A DNA stretch of 61,246 nucleotides, filler included, from 7 parts of 7 records of this genome joined end to end with filler, not necessarily neighbours in it, one strand, 5' to 3'; counted from the whole stretch's first letter, positions 42,663 to 54,478 are shown. Numbers and translations: made by a program. Notes: generated by a model not told the origin, from the letters alone.

Positions 42663-42883
42663 CAATTTACCTCCTTTAATGTTTTTTAAATTTATATAGT
42701 AATCATTATATCAAAATTTTAAAAGGAATACCAAACAAGTTAGCAATTTTGTTGATTTTGAATAATTTTTTGTTAAGAAGCAAGATATTCTAGTTATTTG
42801 CATATTTCTACATTGTTTATTTTATTTACGAGTGCTAAACTGCATTTGATATTTAATAAAACAAAGAAAAGAAAGAGCTATTT

Positions 42884-43234
42884 ATGGAAAAATCATTAGA
42901 AAGCAAAAGAAGAACTATCGTAAAATCACTTTTATGGCGAGTGATTGGCATTGTATGGACATGGGTTGGCGCGTATTTTATTTTAATTTTTATTCCAGAA
43001 GAATATAAAACAGCAGCCATCATTGCAACGCTTATCGTTGTATATCATCATTCTAGCAGATTGATTATGTATTATTTTTACGAACGTATATGGTCAAAAG
43101 TTGAATGGGGCAGAGAGGGTACTGTTGAGCTTTTAGATGCAAAAAAGAAGGCGATTTGGGCCATTGCTGTTATTCTTGTTATTATAATTATTTTTTATTT
43201 ACTGCTTGTAGTTACACCTTTGATAAAATCATAA
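42884..43234 (+). CDS. DUF2061-like small membrane protein
   Basis: ESKRRTIVKSLLWR...YYFYERIWSKVEWG. Confidence 0.75.
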   Translation: MEKSLESKRRTIVKSLLWRVIGIVWTWVGAYFILIFIPEEYKTAAIIATLIVVYHHSSRLIMYYFYERIWSKVEWGREGTVELLDAKKKAIWAIAVILVIIIIFYLLLVVTPLIKS

Positions 43235-43371
43235 GTATCATTACATATTTAATTATATGCTTTATTCTTTTGTATTTTTAATACATACAAAAAATTAAAG
43301 GATCAACCAATATGCAAAGATATATTTACTTTTAAAAATTTAGTTATACTATATGTAGCTTTTCTATTGTA

Positions 43372-43680
43372 TTATCTTGAAAATGCCTGTTTATAGTCTA
43401 GCAAACCTTTATCATATGCTTCTCTTAAAAGCAAATACTCTCCTAGCCTTCCAAAATAAAGGGCACAATAATTTCTTTGTATTTTTGTACCATTAAAAAG
43501 GTAATGAGTCATAACGGATACACCCTCTTCACTTTCAACATGCCCTAAAGCAAAGTCGATAAACTTAGATTGAGCAAGAGTCATCTTTCTATTTAAATCT
43601 TTCATGATTTGGTCTATTGATGATTTTGTTCCCACCTTAGCCAATTGTACATAATATTCTATATTTTTAATATGAATCAC
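43372..43680 (-). CDS. Hypothetical protein (possible third gene of the tsf-tetR unit)
   Basis: 102-aa ORF, co-oriented, about 75 nt after tetR. Confidence 0.6.
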   Translation of the reverse strand: MIHIKNIEYYVQLAKVGTKSSIDQIMKDLNRKMTLAQSKFIDFALGHVESEEGVSVMTHYLFNGTKIQRNYCALYFGRLGEYLLLREAYDKGLLDYKQAFSR

Positions 43681-43753
43681 CTACTTTACGCAACTATTTT
43701 ATAGAATAATTTTTTTCTCTTAATTTGTTATTATCAAATAAATATTTTATACC

Positions 43754-44326
43754 TTATATACCCTTTACAAAAATATTTGACAATATAAAATCCATAAACT
43801 CTTTTTTAAAATTATCATCGCTCACTATTTTTTCTCTATAAATCGTATTATTTTCAAAATATGAGAGTCCCATATCGATATAGTAAAAGATATACTCGTC
43901 ACTAATGTCCTTTTTTATGATATTATTTGCCTTGCCATCCGATATAAGTTTTAAAATCACATCTTTATACTTATTGTTAAACGCATCATAGTCGTTTTGC
44001 AAATCATTATTCAGCCTAATCAATTCCTTGCAAAGTGTGAATTTATTTGTGATAATTAAATCTGTTAAGATATCCATTATATAAGAAAGCTTAATATCGA
44101 TGTCTTCATCTTTATCTATCTGTAATAAAATTTTATCCAAGTAACTATTTAGTATGGATTTCCCTACAATATGATATAAAGAATCTTTATCCCCAAAATA
44201 TTTATATATTGTAACTTTTGATACATTTGCAAATTCAGCCAACTCATCCATGGTCGTTTTTTTTATACCATTCTTTATAAATAAATCAATAGTCGTATTT
44301 AGTATTTTGTTATATTTAGAATTCAT
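43754..44326 (-). CDS. TetR/AcrR family regulator
   Basis: LFIKNGIKKTTMDELAEFANVSKVTIYKYFGDK; TGATG overlap with tsf. Confidence 0.92.
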   Translation of the reverse strand: MNSKYNKILNTTIDLFIKNGIKKTTMDELAEFANVSKVTIYKYFGDKDSLYHIVGKSILNSYLDKILLQIDKDEDIDIKLSYIMDILTDLIITNKFTLCKELIRLNNDLQNDYDAFNNKYKDVILKLISDGKANNIIKKDISDEYIFYYIDMGLSYFENNTIYREKIVSDDNFKKEFMDFILSNIFVKGI

Positions 44327-44913
44327 CAACTAGCCTCATATCTTATAAAACGCTTTATTTCAATATTCTCACCGATTCTTGCAATGGTTTGGTTTAATAT
44401 ATCCAGTACTTTATATTGACTATCTTTAAAATATATCTGCTCTAAAAGGCATATATTGCTATAATACTTTTTCACTTTACCTACCAATATCTTATCAATA
44501 ACGTTAGATGGTTTATTCTCGTTTTCTAACTGTTTTTTATAAATATTTTTTTCTTCATTTATAATACTTTCAGGAACTTCATCAGTTTTTATATATGTTG
44601 GAGACATTGCCGCAATATGCATAGCCATATCTTTTACAAAGTTTTTAAACACTTCGGTGTTAGCAGCAAAATCAGTTTCACAGCAAATTTCTACTAATAC
44701 GCCAATTTTCCCATCTGAGTGAATATAAGAGCCTATTAGGCTTTCATCTGCATTACGCGCAGATTTTTTCTTTGCAATTTTCACACCATTCTCTCTAAGT
44801 CCAATAATTGCCTTTTCTATATTTCCATCAGATTCAAGCAATGCCTTTTTGCACGCCATATATCCTGCTCCTGTTTGTTCTCTAAGTTCCTTTACTACAT
44901 TTGGTTTAATCAT
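44326..44913 (-). CDS. tsf: Elongation factor Ts, short form, outside the rpsB-tsf-pyrH context
   Basis: VKELREQTGAGYMACKKAL, SYIH, CETDFAA, MHIAA, LLEQ, GENIEIKRF. Confidence 0.92.
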   Translation of the reverse strand: MIKPNVVKELREQTGAGYMACKKALLESDGNIEKAIIGLRENGVKIAKKKSARNADESLIGSYIHSDGKIGVLVEICCETDFAANTEVFKNFVKDMAMHIAAMSPTYIKTDEVPESIINEEKNIYKKQLENENKPSNVIDKILVGKVKKYYSNICLLEQIYFKDSQYKVLDILNQTIARIGENIEIKRFIRYEAS

Positions 44914-44926
44914 ATCCACCTCTATA

Positions 44927-44983
44927 ATGTACTATTTTAATTAATCTAGTACATACTTTAACTTATGTTTATATCCATGTCAA
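44927..44983 (-). promoter_or_regulatory. tsf-tetR promoter with palindromic operator
   Basis: TTGACA(44983-44978)-17 nt-TAAAGT, immediately followed by a 28-bp palindrome at 44927-44954 (12/14 arm match). Confidence 0.7.
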
Positions 44984-45178
44984 GGGTTTATTTGTTTTTT
45001 TATAGAGTAGATATGTAAAAAATATACTTTATAAAAATCACCATCTTTATTTGACTATCTACAAAGTATATGTAAAAATAAACATAAATAATATTTTTTA
45101 GGATTTCAATGTGCAAAATTGAATTTTTATGACTGTTTATATCTTTAATGTTACGAATGGTTACAACGAAAGGAATGA

Positions 45179-45959
45179 ATGTTTATTATGAAAAGAAAAA
45201 TACAGATAATTATTATTGTAGCTGTTTTATTTTTAGCTTTTACAGGATGCAGTTCAAATCAAGAGGAAGATTCTCTATATCAAGTTTCAACGCTTCAAGC
45301 TTTAATTGTTGGGGAATATGATGGGTCAGTTAGTGCTGATACTTTAGTAAAGTATGGTGATATTGGGCTTGGAACTTTTGATGGGCTTGATGGTGAGATG
45401 ATTGTTATTGATGGAAAAGTTTATAAGGCTAGAGTTGACGGAACAGTTACTAAGGTAAAAGGCAAGGAAACAATACCTTTTGCTAATGTTGCCAGTATAG
45501 AAAACAAAGAAAAACACTCATTTATGTTTGATGGTGGATATGACGGTTTAAAAACTGTACTTGATGATTTATATGAAGAACAAAATATGCCTGTGGCTTT
45601 TGTGATAACTGGTAATTTTAAAAACATTGAGTTTCGCTCTGTACCAGAACAGAAAAAACCTTATCCTGAGCTAACACAAGTAGTAAAACAACAGACTGTT
45701 TTTTTTGAAGAAGAGATAAGCGGATCTATTGTTGGTTTTAGATTTCCTGAATTTATGGACGATATGAATGCTGTTGGTTATCATCTGCATTTTATTTCTC
45801 GCAATAGAAAAAGGCGGACATCTGTTGGATGTTGAAAGCGGCGATGTAAAAGTGATGGGGGAAGACCTAGAATCATTTTACGTTGTTTTTCCTGATAATA
45901 TAAGAGATGCTGACCTTAATGTTGATGAATCGAATGTTGAGGCTGTTGAGAAAAAGTAA
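45179..45959 (+). CDS. budA: Alpha-acetolactate decarboxylase with lipoprotein signal (frameshift at ~45810)
   Basis: YQVSTLQAL..GEYDG, GDIGLGTFDGLDGEM, GYHLHF, GGHLLD; lipobox FTGC. Confidence 0.88.
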
Positions 45960-46138
45960 ATAAAGATTATAGTATTACCGTGATACAATAATTTGTAACC
46001 ATAATGGTCGACATAAAAATTTAGTAGGTAGATGACTTTTAGTATACGTGTTGAATGATAGGATATGCGATAATAAAAAAATGCCAATGCTAATGCATCT
46101 ACTTATTATTCTTATTAAAAACATATATCATACTTTTT

Positions 46139-46732
46139 CTACTCGGCGAATTCATCTTTAGCCCAGTGTGCTAGCTTCATATATGAATGATAATCATTGA
46201 TCATGTATAGTTTACCGCCAGCGTTGATTTTATCTATTGTAAAGACAACATCCACTATTAAAAGTTTTTGATCACTTAAAGAATTAATTGTAGACATACC
46301 AGTAACATAAGGTACATTTATATTAACACTGATTCCAAAAAAATCTGCCATACTTGATATTATATTTCCTAATATTATATTCCCAATCTCTTGGTAAGTA
46401 TCGGTTATTAAGTCTAGAGTATCTTCATCGTCCAAATCAATATCGTCTAATCCTTCAAGGTGTTTAATAAGCTTAATCAATTGATCATCACTCATAGAAA
46501 AAACCGTTTCACCCTGCAAAACATCACCTTCAAGTTCCATGATTATAACCTGTTCCGAAAACATAGGCAAATCACTTACTCTATCTTTGGTATATACTTT
46601 AGTTGTACTTAAATCAACATGCGAATCTGTAAGCTGACCAATAACATTAGCAGCCTTACCTAAGCCAATCCCTATACTCTCCTGTAAAATATCATACAGC
46701 TCCGCCTTCATATTGTTGTCAAACTCTATCAT
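46139..46732 (-). CDS. CheC-like phosphatase
   Basis: DILQESIGIG and QEIGNII (E-x2-N intact only in the second repeat). Confidence 0.75.
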   Translation of the reverse strand: MIEFDNNMKAELYDILQESIGIGLGKAANVIGQLTDSHVDLSTTKVYTKDRVSDLPMFSEQVIIMELEGDVLQGETVFSMSDDQLIKLIKHLEGLDDIDLDDEDTLDLITDTYQEIGNIILGNIISSMADFFGISVNINVPYVTGMSTINSLSDQKLLIVDVVFTIDKINAGGKLYMINDYHSYMKLAHWAKDEFAE

Positions 46733-47096
46733 TATATAACTCCCTAAATTCTATCATTCTTTCTTGAGTCAGTGGTTTTTCTATAAAAAAATCAGCGCCT
46801 TCACTAAAGCATAATTTTTTTTCGCTAGCTTGAATATTAGAGCTAAGCACAGAAATACAACAATCTGCATTCGTCTTTTTAAAATATTTAATAACATCAT
46901 GACCTGATATTTTATCCATCAATAAATCAACAATTAAAATATCATACATCGATAAGTCTTCTTTATTACTTATCTTTTCAAAAGCCTCAGCATCCGACAT
47001 CGAAGTTACGTTATGCTCAGGGAAAATTTCTGAAATTATTTTTTTCGCTATACGTCTTTGAAAATTAGAATCATCCACATGTAGTATTTCGCTCAC
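46719..47096 (-). CDS. Single-domain response regulator
   Basis: VDDS, VDLLM, SS, GADFFIEKP. Confidence 0.85.
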   Translation of the reverse strand: MSEILHVDDSNFQRRIAKKIISEIFPEHNVTSMSDAEAFEKISNKEDLSMYDILIVDLLMDKISGHDVIKYFKKTNADCCISVLSSNIQASEKKLCFSEGADFFIEKPLTQERMIEFRELYNDRV

Positions 47097-47907
47097 TTAT
47101 TGCCCCTCCTTCTTATTTTCAAACATTAGTTCATCTGCAATTCTTATCAAATCCTTTGGCGCATACCCCGTTTCAGGAGAATACTCCACAAAACCATGGC
47201 TTACACCTAACAAAGGTCTGCCATCTGCTTTTTCGTTAAATCTATCAATTGCATTTTGTATTCTTTTTATCATTTTTTTTGTCACTTCTATTCTGCAATC
47301 TGGTAAAACCAGAATAAATTCGTCGCCGCCGTATCTCGAAAAACATCACTGCGTCTAATAACGCCCAAAACAATATCTGCAAACGATTTAATAAGTTCAT
47401 CACCATAGATATGTCCATAGTTATCATTTGTAAATTTCAAATTATTAATATCAAAAAAGACTAATGAAAATGGTTTTTCGGTAGTATTAGATTCGAAATA
47501 AATACTATCTAAGTATGAAAGTCCTGCTCTTCTATTGTAACATCCAGTTAGTATATCGCTATTTGCTTGCTGTTGTAGATGTTTTAAAAATCTAGAACGC
47601 TGAAAAGCTAGCGCAAAAAGCTGCCCTAAACGTTTTGATATATTAAAGTGCATCTCAGTAAAGGTATTATTTGTATGTGCTAAAAATATAAATCCTAAAT
47701 TTAATCTATCAATAATTAAAGGAAGCACCATAATAGCATTAAATTCATTTTGATTTGCATATTTGATATCAAATTCAAAATTTGACATGCAGTTATAGTA
47801 GTAAGGTCTGTTAGACTCAAAAAGTGCTCATACAATTCTTCAGTATTGTCGATCTTTATTTCAAGTTCTTTGCTGTCAAATCCATCTATCGTAGAAAATT
47901 CGTTTTC
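47097..47907 (-). CDS. GAF-GGDEF diguanylate cyclase (5'-truncated, frameshifted)
   Basis: DILTGCYNRR, DINNLKFTNDNYGH..GD; an extra T restores RRSDVFSRYGGDEF (I-site + active site); ADELMFENK. Confidence 0.85.
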
Positions 47908-48007
47908 NNNNNNNNNNNNNNNNNNNNNNNNNNNNNNNNNNNNNNNNNNNNTTAATTAATTAANNNNNNNNNNNNNNNNNNNNNNNNNNNNNNNNNNNNN
48001 NNNNNNN
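47908..48007. other. Artificial contig spacer
   Basis: N44-TTAATTAATTAA-N44. Confidence 0.98.
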
Positions 48008-50148
48008 TTTTGAGTAAACCAACATCTCGTTAATTACACCGGGGAAACAGCAAATTCCATCGCAGTTATAAATTCTGCCATCGGGGTAATGATTGGTAAC
48101 CAAACTCCTGTTCATAAAGCGTCCACTTAAAAACTGGCACATCTTCTTCTCAAGATATTCATCCATTTTTAACCGGGTGGCAGCGAGTGATTTCATTACA
48201 ATTCCATGCGTTGAAACATCTCCATCGCCTCGTTTTTCAAGGGCAACTTTTGCGGCATTTGCCAATTTTGGAGTAACATCAGGAGTGATTTCATGAGCCG
48301 GCCAAACCGGGTACATGTGCGAAGCATGACGATGATTATAGTTCTCTGAAAAATCGGGATGTGCCCATTCTTTCAAAGCGCCGTCATCATTTACAAGATA
48401 TGGTGGAAGTTTTTCAAGCAAAGCATTCCACTTTTTCACTTTCGGGCTGTTTTCTATTCCCAGCTCATTGTATGCGTATATAATATTTTTTAAAGCCTGA
48501 CGTGCAACTGCAATATCCATTGTTGAGTTTATCACAGCTCCTGTTGCTTGATTTGATGGTGTATTTTCAGGTGAATAAGAAGGAACAAATACAAGTTTTC
48601 CCTGAGCGTCAGTTACAGTTAAAAAATCTTCGTAAAACAAAACCACTTTTTCCATTAAAGGCAGTGCCCTGTTTTTCAAAAATTCTTTATCGCCAGTGCA
48701 GAGGTAATACTCAAAAGCCGGATAAATCAACCATTGCGCTCCGGCAGTCCATGATTGCCCGGGAAAACCAACATTAAAATGAGTATGCAAATTTCGTCTT
48801 CCCGATGTTCTGAACCCGGAAAGAAATCCACGGCAACCGTATAAGTTTTTAGCATTTGTTTCCCAATCGGGCGAAATGCGTTCAATCATTTTTAAATAGC
48901 TGTCAAGACACTCTTCCAACCTTAAAGTGTTTACACCTGCTATCTGTAGATTAACATTGGCATCGAGAGTAAAATCGCCGCACCAAATTGGGCGCCAGTC
49001 GCCGGTCCAGTTCCCCACAAGGTTTGGAGGATTATTACCGCTGGAACAGATTAAAGTGTACTTGCCCATTTGATACACTTTATTCAACAATTCAGGAAGG
49101 ATTATTCCCGGTGTTGCCTCTTGTTTCACGAAAAGTTCTTCAATTGAATTATCGTCGCTGCTCCCGGTCTTAAAAGCAACATTCGAACGCAAAAACATTT
49201 CGCGATGAATTGCAGCATGTGCATTTTTCAAGGTATCATAATCATTGGAAAAATTATCTATACCTTGCTTTGTATCAATAGCCTGAGATTTCTCGAATTC
49301 TTCCAGATAATTTATGCGTGTAAAAAGTAAAATTTCATTGGCATTTGTTATCTGAATTGTGTTATCGCTTATTTCTTTTTTACCTTCTTTGGCAATAACC
49401 TTAACAAAACCTTCGTAACCCCGTTTTGCTTTTAGATACTTAAGACGGAATGACATCCAACCTTCATCAATTTTTATTTCAGGTTGTTTTATCAGCAACT
49501 CTTTACTACCGGTTATATTTGTTGTACGTCCTTCTACATCCCCTTCCTGATGCTCAATTCCAATGGTACAGTTTATTTTGTTTCCCGACAAATTTTTAAT
49601 TTGCTGCACAATCACATTATCGACGCGCGACACAAATATCTTTCGTTGCCAGTCGCCATTATTATCTGTCCAGCTAACGGTTATTTCTCCTGTTTCGAAA
49701 TTAAGCTGCCGTCTATAATTTTTAACGCTTCCCCTTCATCCTGCATAATGGTAATTGCAAAAGCCGGATGGTACGGATCTGTCCACAACAATCCCGGGAA
49801 TCCTTCTTTTATTGCACTGTTGTATGAATATTCAACGGCATCTTTGTAGTTTCCCGATAATATAAGTTTGCGTGTAAAATTTAAATATTTTCCAATCTGA
49901 GGAGGAGCCACAGCTTCACCACCAACAGGTTCATACAAAAACTCATGATTACAAATAACTCGTTCGTTATACGGTTCTCCGTGTACCAACACTCCCATTT
50001 CACCATTTCCAGAAATCAACGCATCGTACCAATGGCTGGCCGGAGCATTACTCCAGAAACCGTAGGTATAATTTGATTTGGGCTGTGCGAAACAGTTAAT
50101 CCAAAGCAATAGGGAAATAAGAATAGTATATACCGTTTTTAATTTCAT
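48008..50148 (-). CDS. GH95 alpha-L-fucosidase-like (3'-truncated, frameshift at ~49700)
   Basis: Signal peptide; PASHWYDAL.SGNG, PNLVGNW, PSYSPEN, EW, HRHASH. Confidence 0.85.
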
Positions 50149-50384
50149 CAGGATTTTGATTTTGGTTAGTATCTAAGGTTTTGGCAATCTGTACAATTCG
50201 CTTACTTATGAACTTTAAAATTAAAACAAATCGCCTGCTCGAACGGAGCTTTGTCAGGCAATTGAATAGTTAAACAGTTGTTATTTTTTTCCATTTAATT
50301 ACATCGTCAGAACCAAGCAATTCCAAACTATTAATCATTAATTCTTTTTAACCAAGCGATGACATTTTACCTCTTTCTCATATT

Positions 50385-53300
50385 TTACCATTTACACACC
50401 ACCTTTAACAGATCGCTTCCATTAATTTTTAATTCCTTCTCTAAGTTCAGTTTTAGAGACTTACCATTTTGGACAAAGTTAGTTGTAATCTTTTTATCGT
50501 TTATGGTTATAAATACTTCCTCGGCATTAACATCAGCAGGTAATTCCAAAGTAATTTTATTCAAGTTCAATGTCCCCCATTTTAACTCGATTGAACTTTT
50601 TTGTTGATTACCGGTACGTTCCTGCAAATAACTCCCCCATCCTTCGGCACCACTGAAAAAGCATTTAAAATGTTCTGGAGTGATTCGGGGAGAAAAACCA
50701 ATTTTGCCGGCAGGACCATCATAAATATATCCGCTTATGTTTAGAAGCATTCCCCACGCTGCCATCGAACGGGTGTAATGGTCTCCCCCTTCAATTTCAT
50801 TCCACGGATTATGACGCGTTCCATCATAGCGGCCATGTATTCCATAGGCAATGGATAAAGCTTTATCGAGCAATCCCTCATACATCATATGCGAGGCTAC
50901 CTGGTATTCATATCCAGTCCACGGATCGTCATTCTGACTTAAACGTTTCTTGGGAATGCCATGAGGGTAGGTTAACCCCACCATTCCAGCTTCTTCCTTT
51001 TCTGCCAGAAAAATAAAGCGGCGTTTCATCACCTCGTATATTGTTTCCATACGTGGTGTCCAGTTGTATTTATAAACACTGGTGAGTGCTGTATCTACCA
51101 CTTCTTTTGGTAAAATATAACCTAATCCCAATTGGTGTGCCCAGTTCTGCCCAAATACCTGATCGGCCAAACAACCATCTTCCATCGAAACAGGTAAATA
51201 TCGTTTACCTGTTTCTTTTTCCATTACATCTTCGCCAGGATTGGTATAGGCATGAGTGAAATACTCACCGTTCCAAATATTATTGAGCATCCATTTTTGA
51301 CCAGAGAAGTATAGCTTATGACATTCTTCAGCAAAGGCTTCATCTCCTTGAATTATGGCCATCTTTTCTCCTGCTCTAAGAGCTGCACAGTAGAGAGTTC
51401 CGGTATAGGAGTTCGCACCAAAAGTAATATTATCAGTCAAGTGCTGAATGCCTTCAAGTACACCATTCAACTCTCCATATCTCTCATCTCGTACCATTAA
51501 ATATTGTAAGGCTAATTTCACCTTCGGATAAATGGTGTTTAAATAATCATAATTGGTAGCCATTAAGTGCTCCCGATACGCTTTCAGGACATAACCAGAC
51601 TGCGCATCAGGGATATACCCCCAAACCTCGAAAGACTCATTCCCTCCATCTTTAAAACCTCTGAAATTAATACGACCATCTTCATTTAATGAAACATCTT
51701 CATTAAAATCTTGCATTAATCGCACCGAGCGTTCCAATTCAGGAAATAAGTGAGAAGGTGTTTGCGTATAATTCCACACATGACCACATGTACCGTGACA
51801 AAAACCCACTCCTTCCCAGGAGTACATTCGTCCGTTACGCCACCATTCCACAGCGGCCGATGCCATATTCGCTGAAGAAGATGCAATACGTTGTGTAAGC
51901 CAGTAAGGCAAACTAGTTTTGAGTACATTGCGTCTCGATAAGTGTGCGTTTTTTCAGATAAATAGGTAAAGTTCTCCGACACATAATCAACTACATCAGT
52001 AGACGAATCAAACCAATTATCGTACATCCGCCCAACATCTCCGGGGCATCCGGGTGCATTATTTTGCAAATTAGGAAAATACCATGTAATTAAGAAATTT
52101 ACCTTTCGGCTTTCGTTAGCTTTTAAGGTAAATGAGCTGCCTGCCGCCCCACAAATACTATCTGTAATAAAAGCCGTTTCGGAGGCGACGGCCTTTTGTT
52201 TCCCATGCAACAATTTTATCAATTCGGCTCTATTACCATAATTTGCCGTTGCTGTTCCATCACCATCCAAAACTGCAATGGTCATATCGCCAAAACTCTT
52301 GTGGTTACTTGGAAACATTTTTCCTTGCTCCATTGTAAAGTTTGAAAAGCGAAAATAATCCACAGCAATACCTGCTGAAGCACTTTCGTCAACCACTTCA
52401 ATAGTAGCCTCCTTACCCATGTAATCAGACACATCCCACGATACCAAACGCATTTGCCAATTGTTGCTTCCGGTTGCGGAAAAAATTACCTTTCCATCAA
52501 TAACTAAACGAACGCCAAGTTCTCCATCATTATTCCCAGCGGGACGATTAACTCCAGCAATTAAGAATGACAAATATTTATCTTTAATGCTAATTTCTCG
52601 AGAAACCTTGCCCACTTTATCCCGACCATTAAGTAGTGAAAAAAGCACATGTTGGCCTTGATTTCCTTTAAAATTGTACATAAAATCACGACTTCCCAAA
52701 CTTCCAATATCGGATAAAGAAGCCGCTTTTTGACCAAAGGCCTTTCCTTCAATACGCCAGACCGAAAGGTCGCCTTGCTCCACCGATGTGCCGTCTGCTC
52801 TGGCGATTATACTTTCAAAATCATCAATTATCTCGTAATGATTATTTTCGGAAGCCATTCCATCCTTACTTTCCAGTTTCAATTGAGTAGCTACCCAATT
52901 TTTTGACTTTACTACTTCGTTTTTCCTTAGTGCGTAAACCGAACTATCGGCTTTAGGTATTGCCGCATTTTGCAACCAGCCACCAAGCGAAACTTCCACC
53001 TTTTTGTCTGAAACATTTTTTACTTCAAAACTCATTATGGTGGCAGGCAAGGCAGAATTTTTGGTATCTAAAGGAATAAACGGCGAATAAACTTCGGTGC
53101 TTACTTTCAAGGGGAAAGTTTCTTTGGCTCCTTCATAGTTAATGGTGGCAATCGGATATTCCCCAATAAACGCAATGTCATTAAACCCATCCTGACTAAG
53201 CGGAAGTGTTACTGCTTCTTTTCCTTTTACTTTTGCCGAAATGACAAACCCTTGATCTATTTCTGAAGCAGGACGATAAGTTAAATAGTTGGTAAACGGT

Positions 53301-53608
53301 ATTTTTTTATAGAAAGTAGTTTCATACCAATCACTAAAAATCCACCAGCGCGCTAAGGTTCCATCGCCTCTAACATACAACTGACCTGCTCCAACTCCTC
53401 CACATGGCATTCCGATTGTATAAAGTTCATCTCCACGATAAACCTTTCTTTCTCCTCTGGCATATAATCTTTCTTTCCATTCTTCAGAAAGATTTTTAAG
53501 AGCAGGAACATAGTGTTCATTTCTATCCACATTGGCTTCCTGTGCTGTAACATTCAAAAAGAAAATTACAGTACAAAGACTAAGCAAAAGTTTTCTTACC
53601 ATATCCAT
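50385..53608 (-). CDS. GH116 (GBA2-like) glycosidase with inserted beta-sandwich (frameshift at ~51918)
   Basis: IGMPCGGVGAG, SPFIP...ALP, WEG...C.GTCGHVWNY, CLADQVFGQ, NPWNEIE.GDHY.R. Confidence 0.85.
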
Positions 53609-53611
53609 TAT

Positions 53612-53821
53612 TTATTTTAAACCCGAAAGTTTAAAAGTCCATGCAAACGAACAAGGAGATTCAGATGGAGTAATTGTAGGAACGTCAATCACAACATCAT
53701 TACCTTGTTTTTTCCATTTTAAAGGTTGTTTGCAACCAAGCATTTCAACTTTGGCGTTTGCTTTTAATTCAACATCTTTTACAAGCAATTTTTCTTTTGG
53801 GTAAACCGGGCAAATACAATA
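53612..53821 (-). CDS. C-terminal domain of a GH29 alpha-L-fucosidase (5'-truncated; absent from ORF track)
   Basis: YCICPVYP...VEMLGCKQPLKW...IDVP...PCSFAWTFKL. Confidence 0.7.
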   Translation of the reverse strand, partial: YCICPVYPKEKLLVKDVELKANAKVEMLGCKQPLKWKKQGNDVVIDVPTITPSESPCSFAWTFKLSGLK

Positions 53822-53823
53822 TA

Positions 53824-53923
53824 NNNNNNNNNNNNNNNNNNNNNNNNNNNNNNNNNNNNNNNNNNNNTTAATTAATTAANNNNNNNNNNNNNNNNNNNNN
53901 NNNNNNNNNNNNNNNNNNNNNNN
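53824..53923. other. Artificial contig spacer
   Basis: N44-TTAATTAATTAA-N44. Confidence 0.98.
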
Positions 53924-53965
53924 ATCACCGTTTTCCAAAATTAGCTTGGCTTTTACTGATTTCAT
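53924..53965 (-). CDS. carA: First 14 codons of a probable carbamoyl-phosphate synthase small subunit
   Basis: AGGAGG RBS then MKSVKAKLILENGD, typical of the CarA N-terminus; only 14 residues visible. Confidence 0.6.
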
Positions 53966-54183
53966 TCCAATCCTCCTGAATTCTTTTCAGTTTCAATTGT
54001 GCTTTAAAATTGAAACGTTTTGAAAATAATTGTTATATATTTAAACTTTTTTATTGATTAAAGTTTATTAGTTTGCTTGAAAAAATTAACTAATAAATCT
54101 AAATCCCCTCTTCATTAAATAATCAAAGAAGTGCTGATGATTTAATTCGAGCTGATAAGATTTATGGGATTAATTTTTTCAAT

Positions 54184-54229
54184 AAAAAAGGAATAACAAA
54201 CTACCCTAACAAAGGTAGCTTATTATTCC
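54184..54229 (-). terminator. Intrinsic terminator/attenuator overlapping the leader ORF stop
   Basis: GGAATAATAAGCTACC...GGTAGTTTGTTATTCC + T6. Confidence 0.8.
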
Positions 54230-54437
54230 ATATATTATTAATCTTAAAATTGTTAATTACAAAAATACAAAATACAAAAATCAAAAATGCAATGTTAAAA
54301 GTAAAGGCGGCCGGCAGGTTAACAATGTAGGCCGGTAGAAAAAAGATTAAATGTATTGAAAATAAAAAGGTGAAGTTTAAAAAGATATCTGTTTCGAAAT
54401 TTAAGTTTTCCTTGATTTTAGTTAAGTTTAACAGCAT
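54201..54437 (-). CDS. U-rich putative leader peptide (or small membrane protein)
   Basis: AAGGAGGT RBS; 78 aa with 14 Phe and no Arg; between a consensus promoter and the terminator. Confidence 0.6.
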   Translation of the reverse strand: MLLNLTKIKENLNFETDIFLNFTFLFSIHLIFFLPAYIVNLPAAFTFNIAFLIFVFCIFVINNFKINNIWNNKLPLLG

Positions 54438-54478
54438 CTTTACCTCCTTTTTAAATAAATTTTGCCTAAACTTTTAGT

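Noticed and set aside
11516-53923. Recurrent TTAATTAATTAA palindrome inside N-runs
   Set aside because: Identical 100-nt artificial linkers; adjacency across them has no biological meaning
40724-53965. Linking the PyrR leader (contig 4 end) to carA (contig 7 start)
   Set aside because: Different contigs, and carA already has its own upstream region
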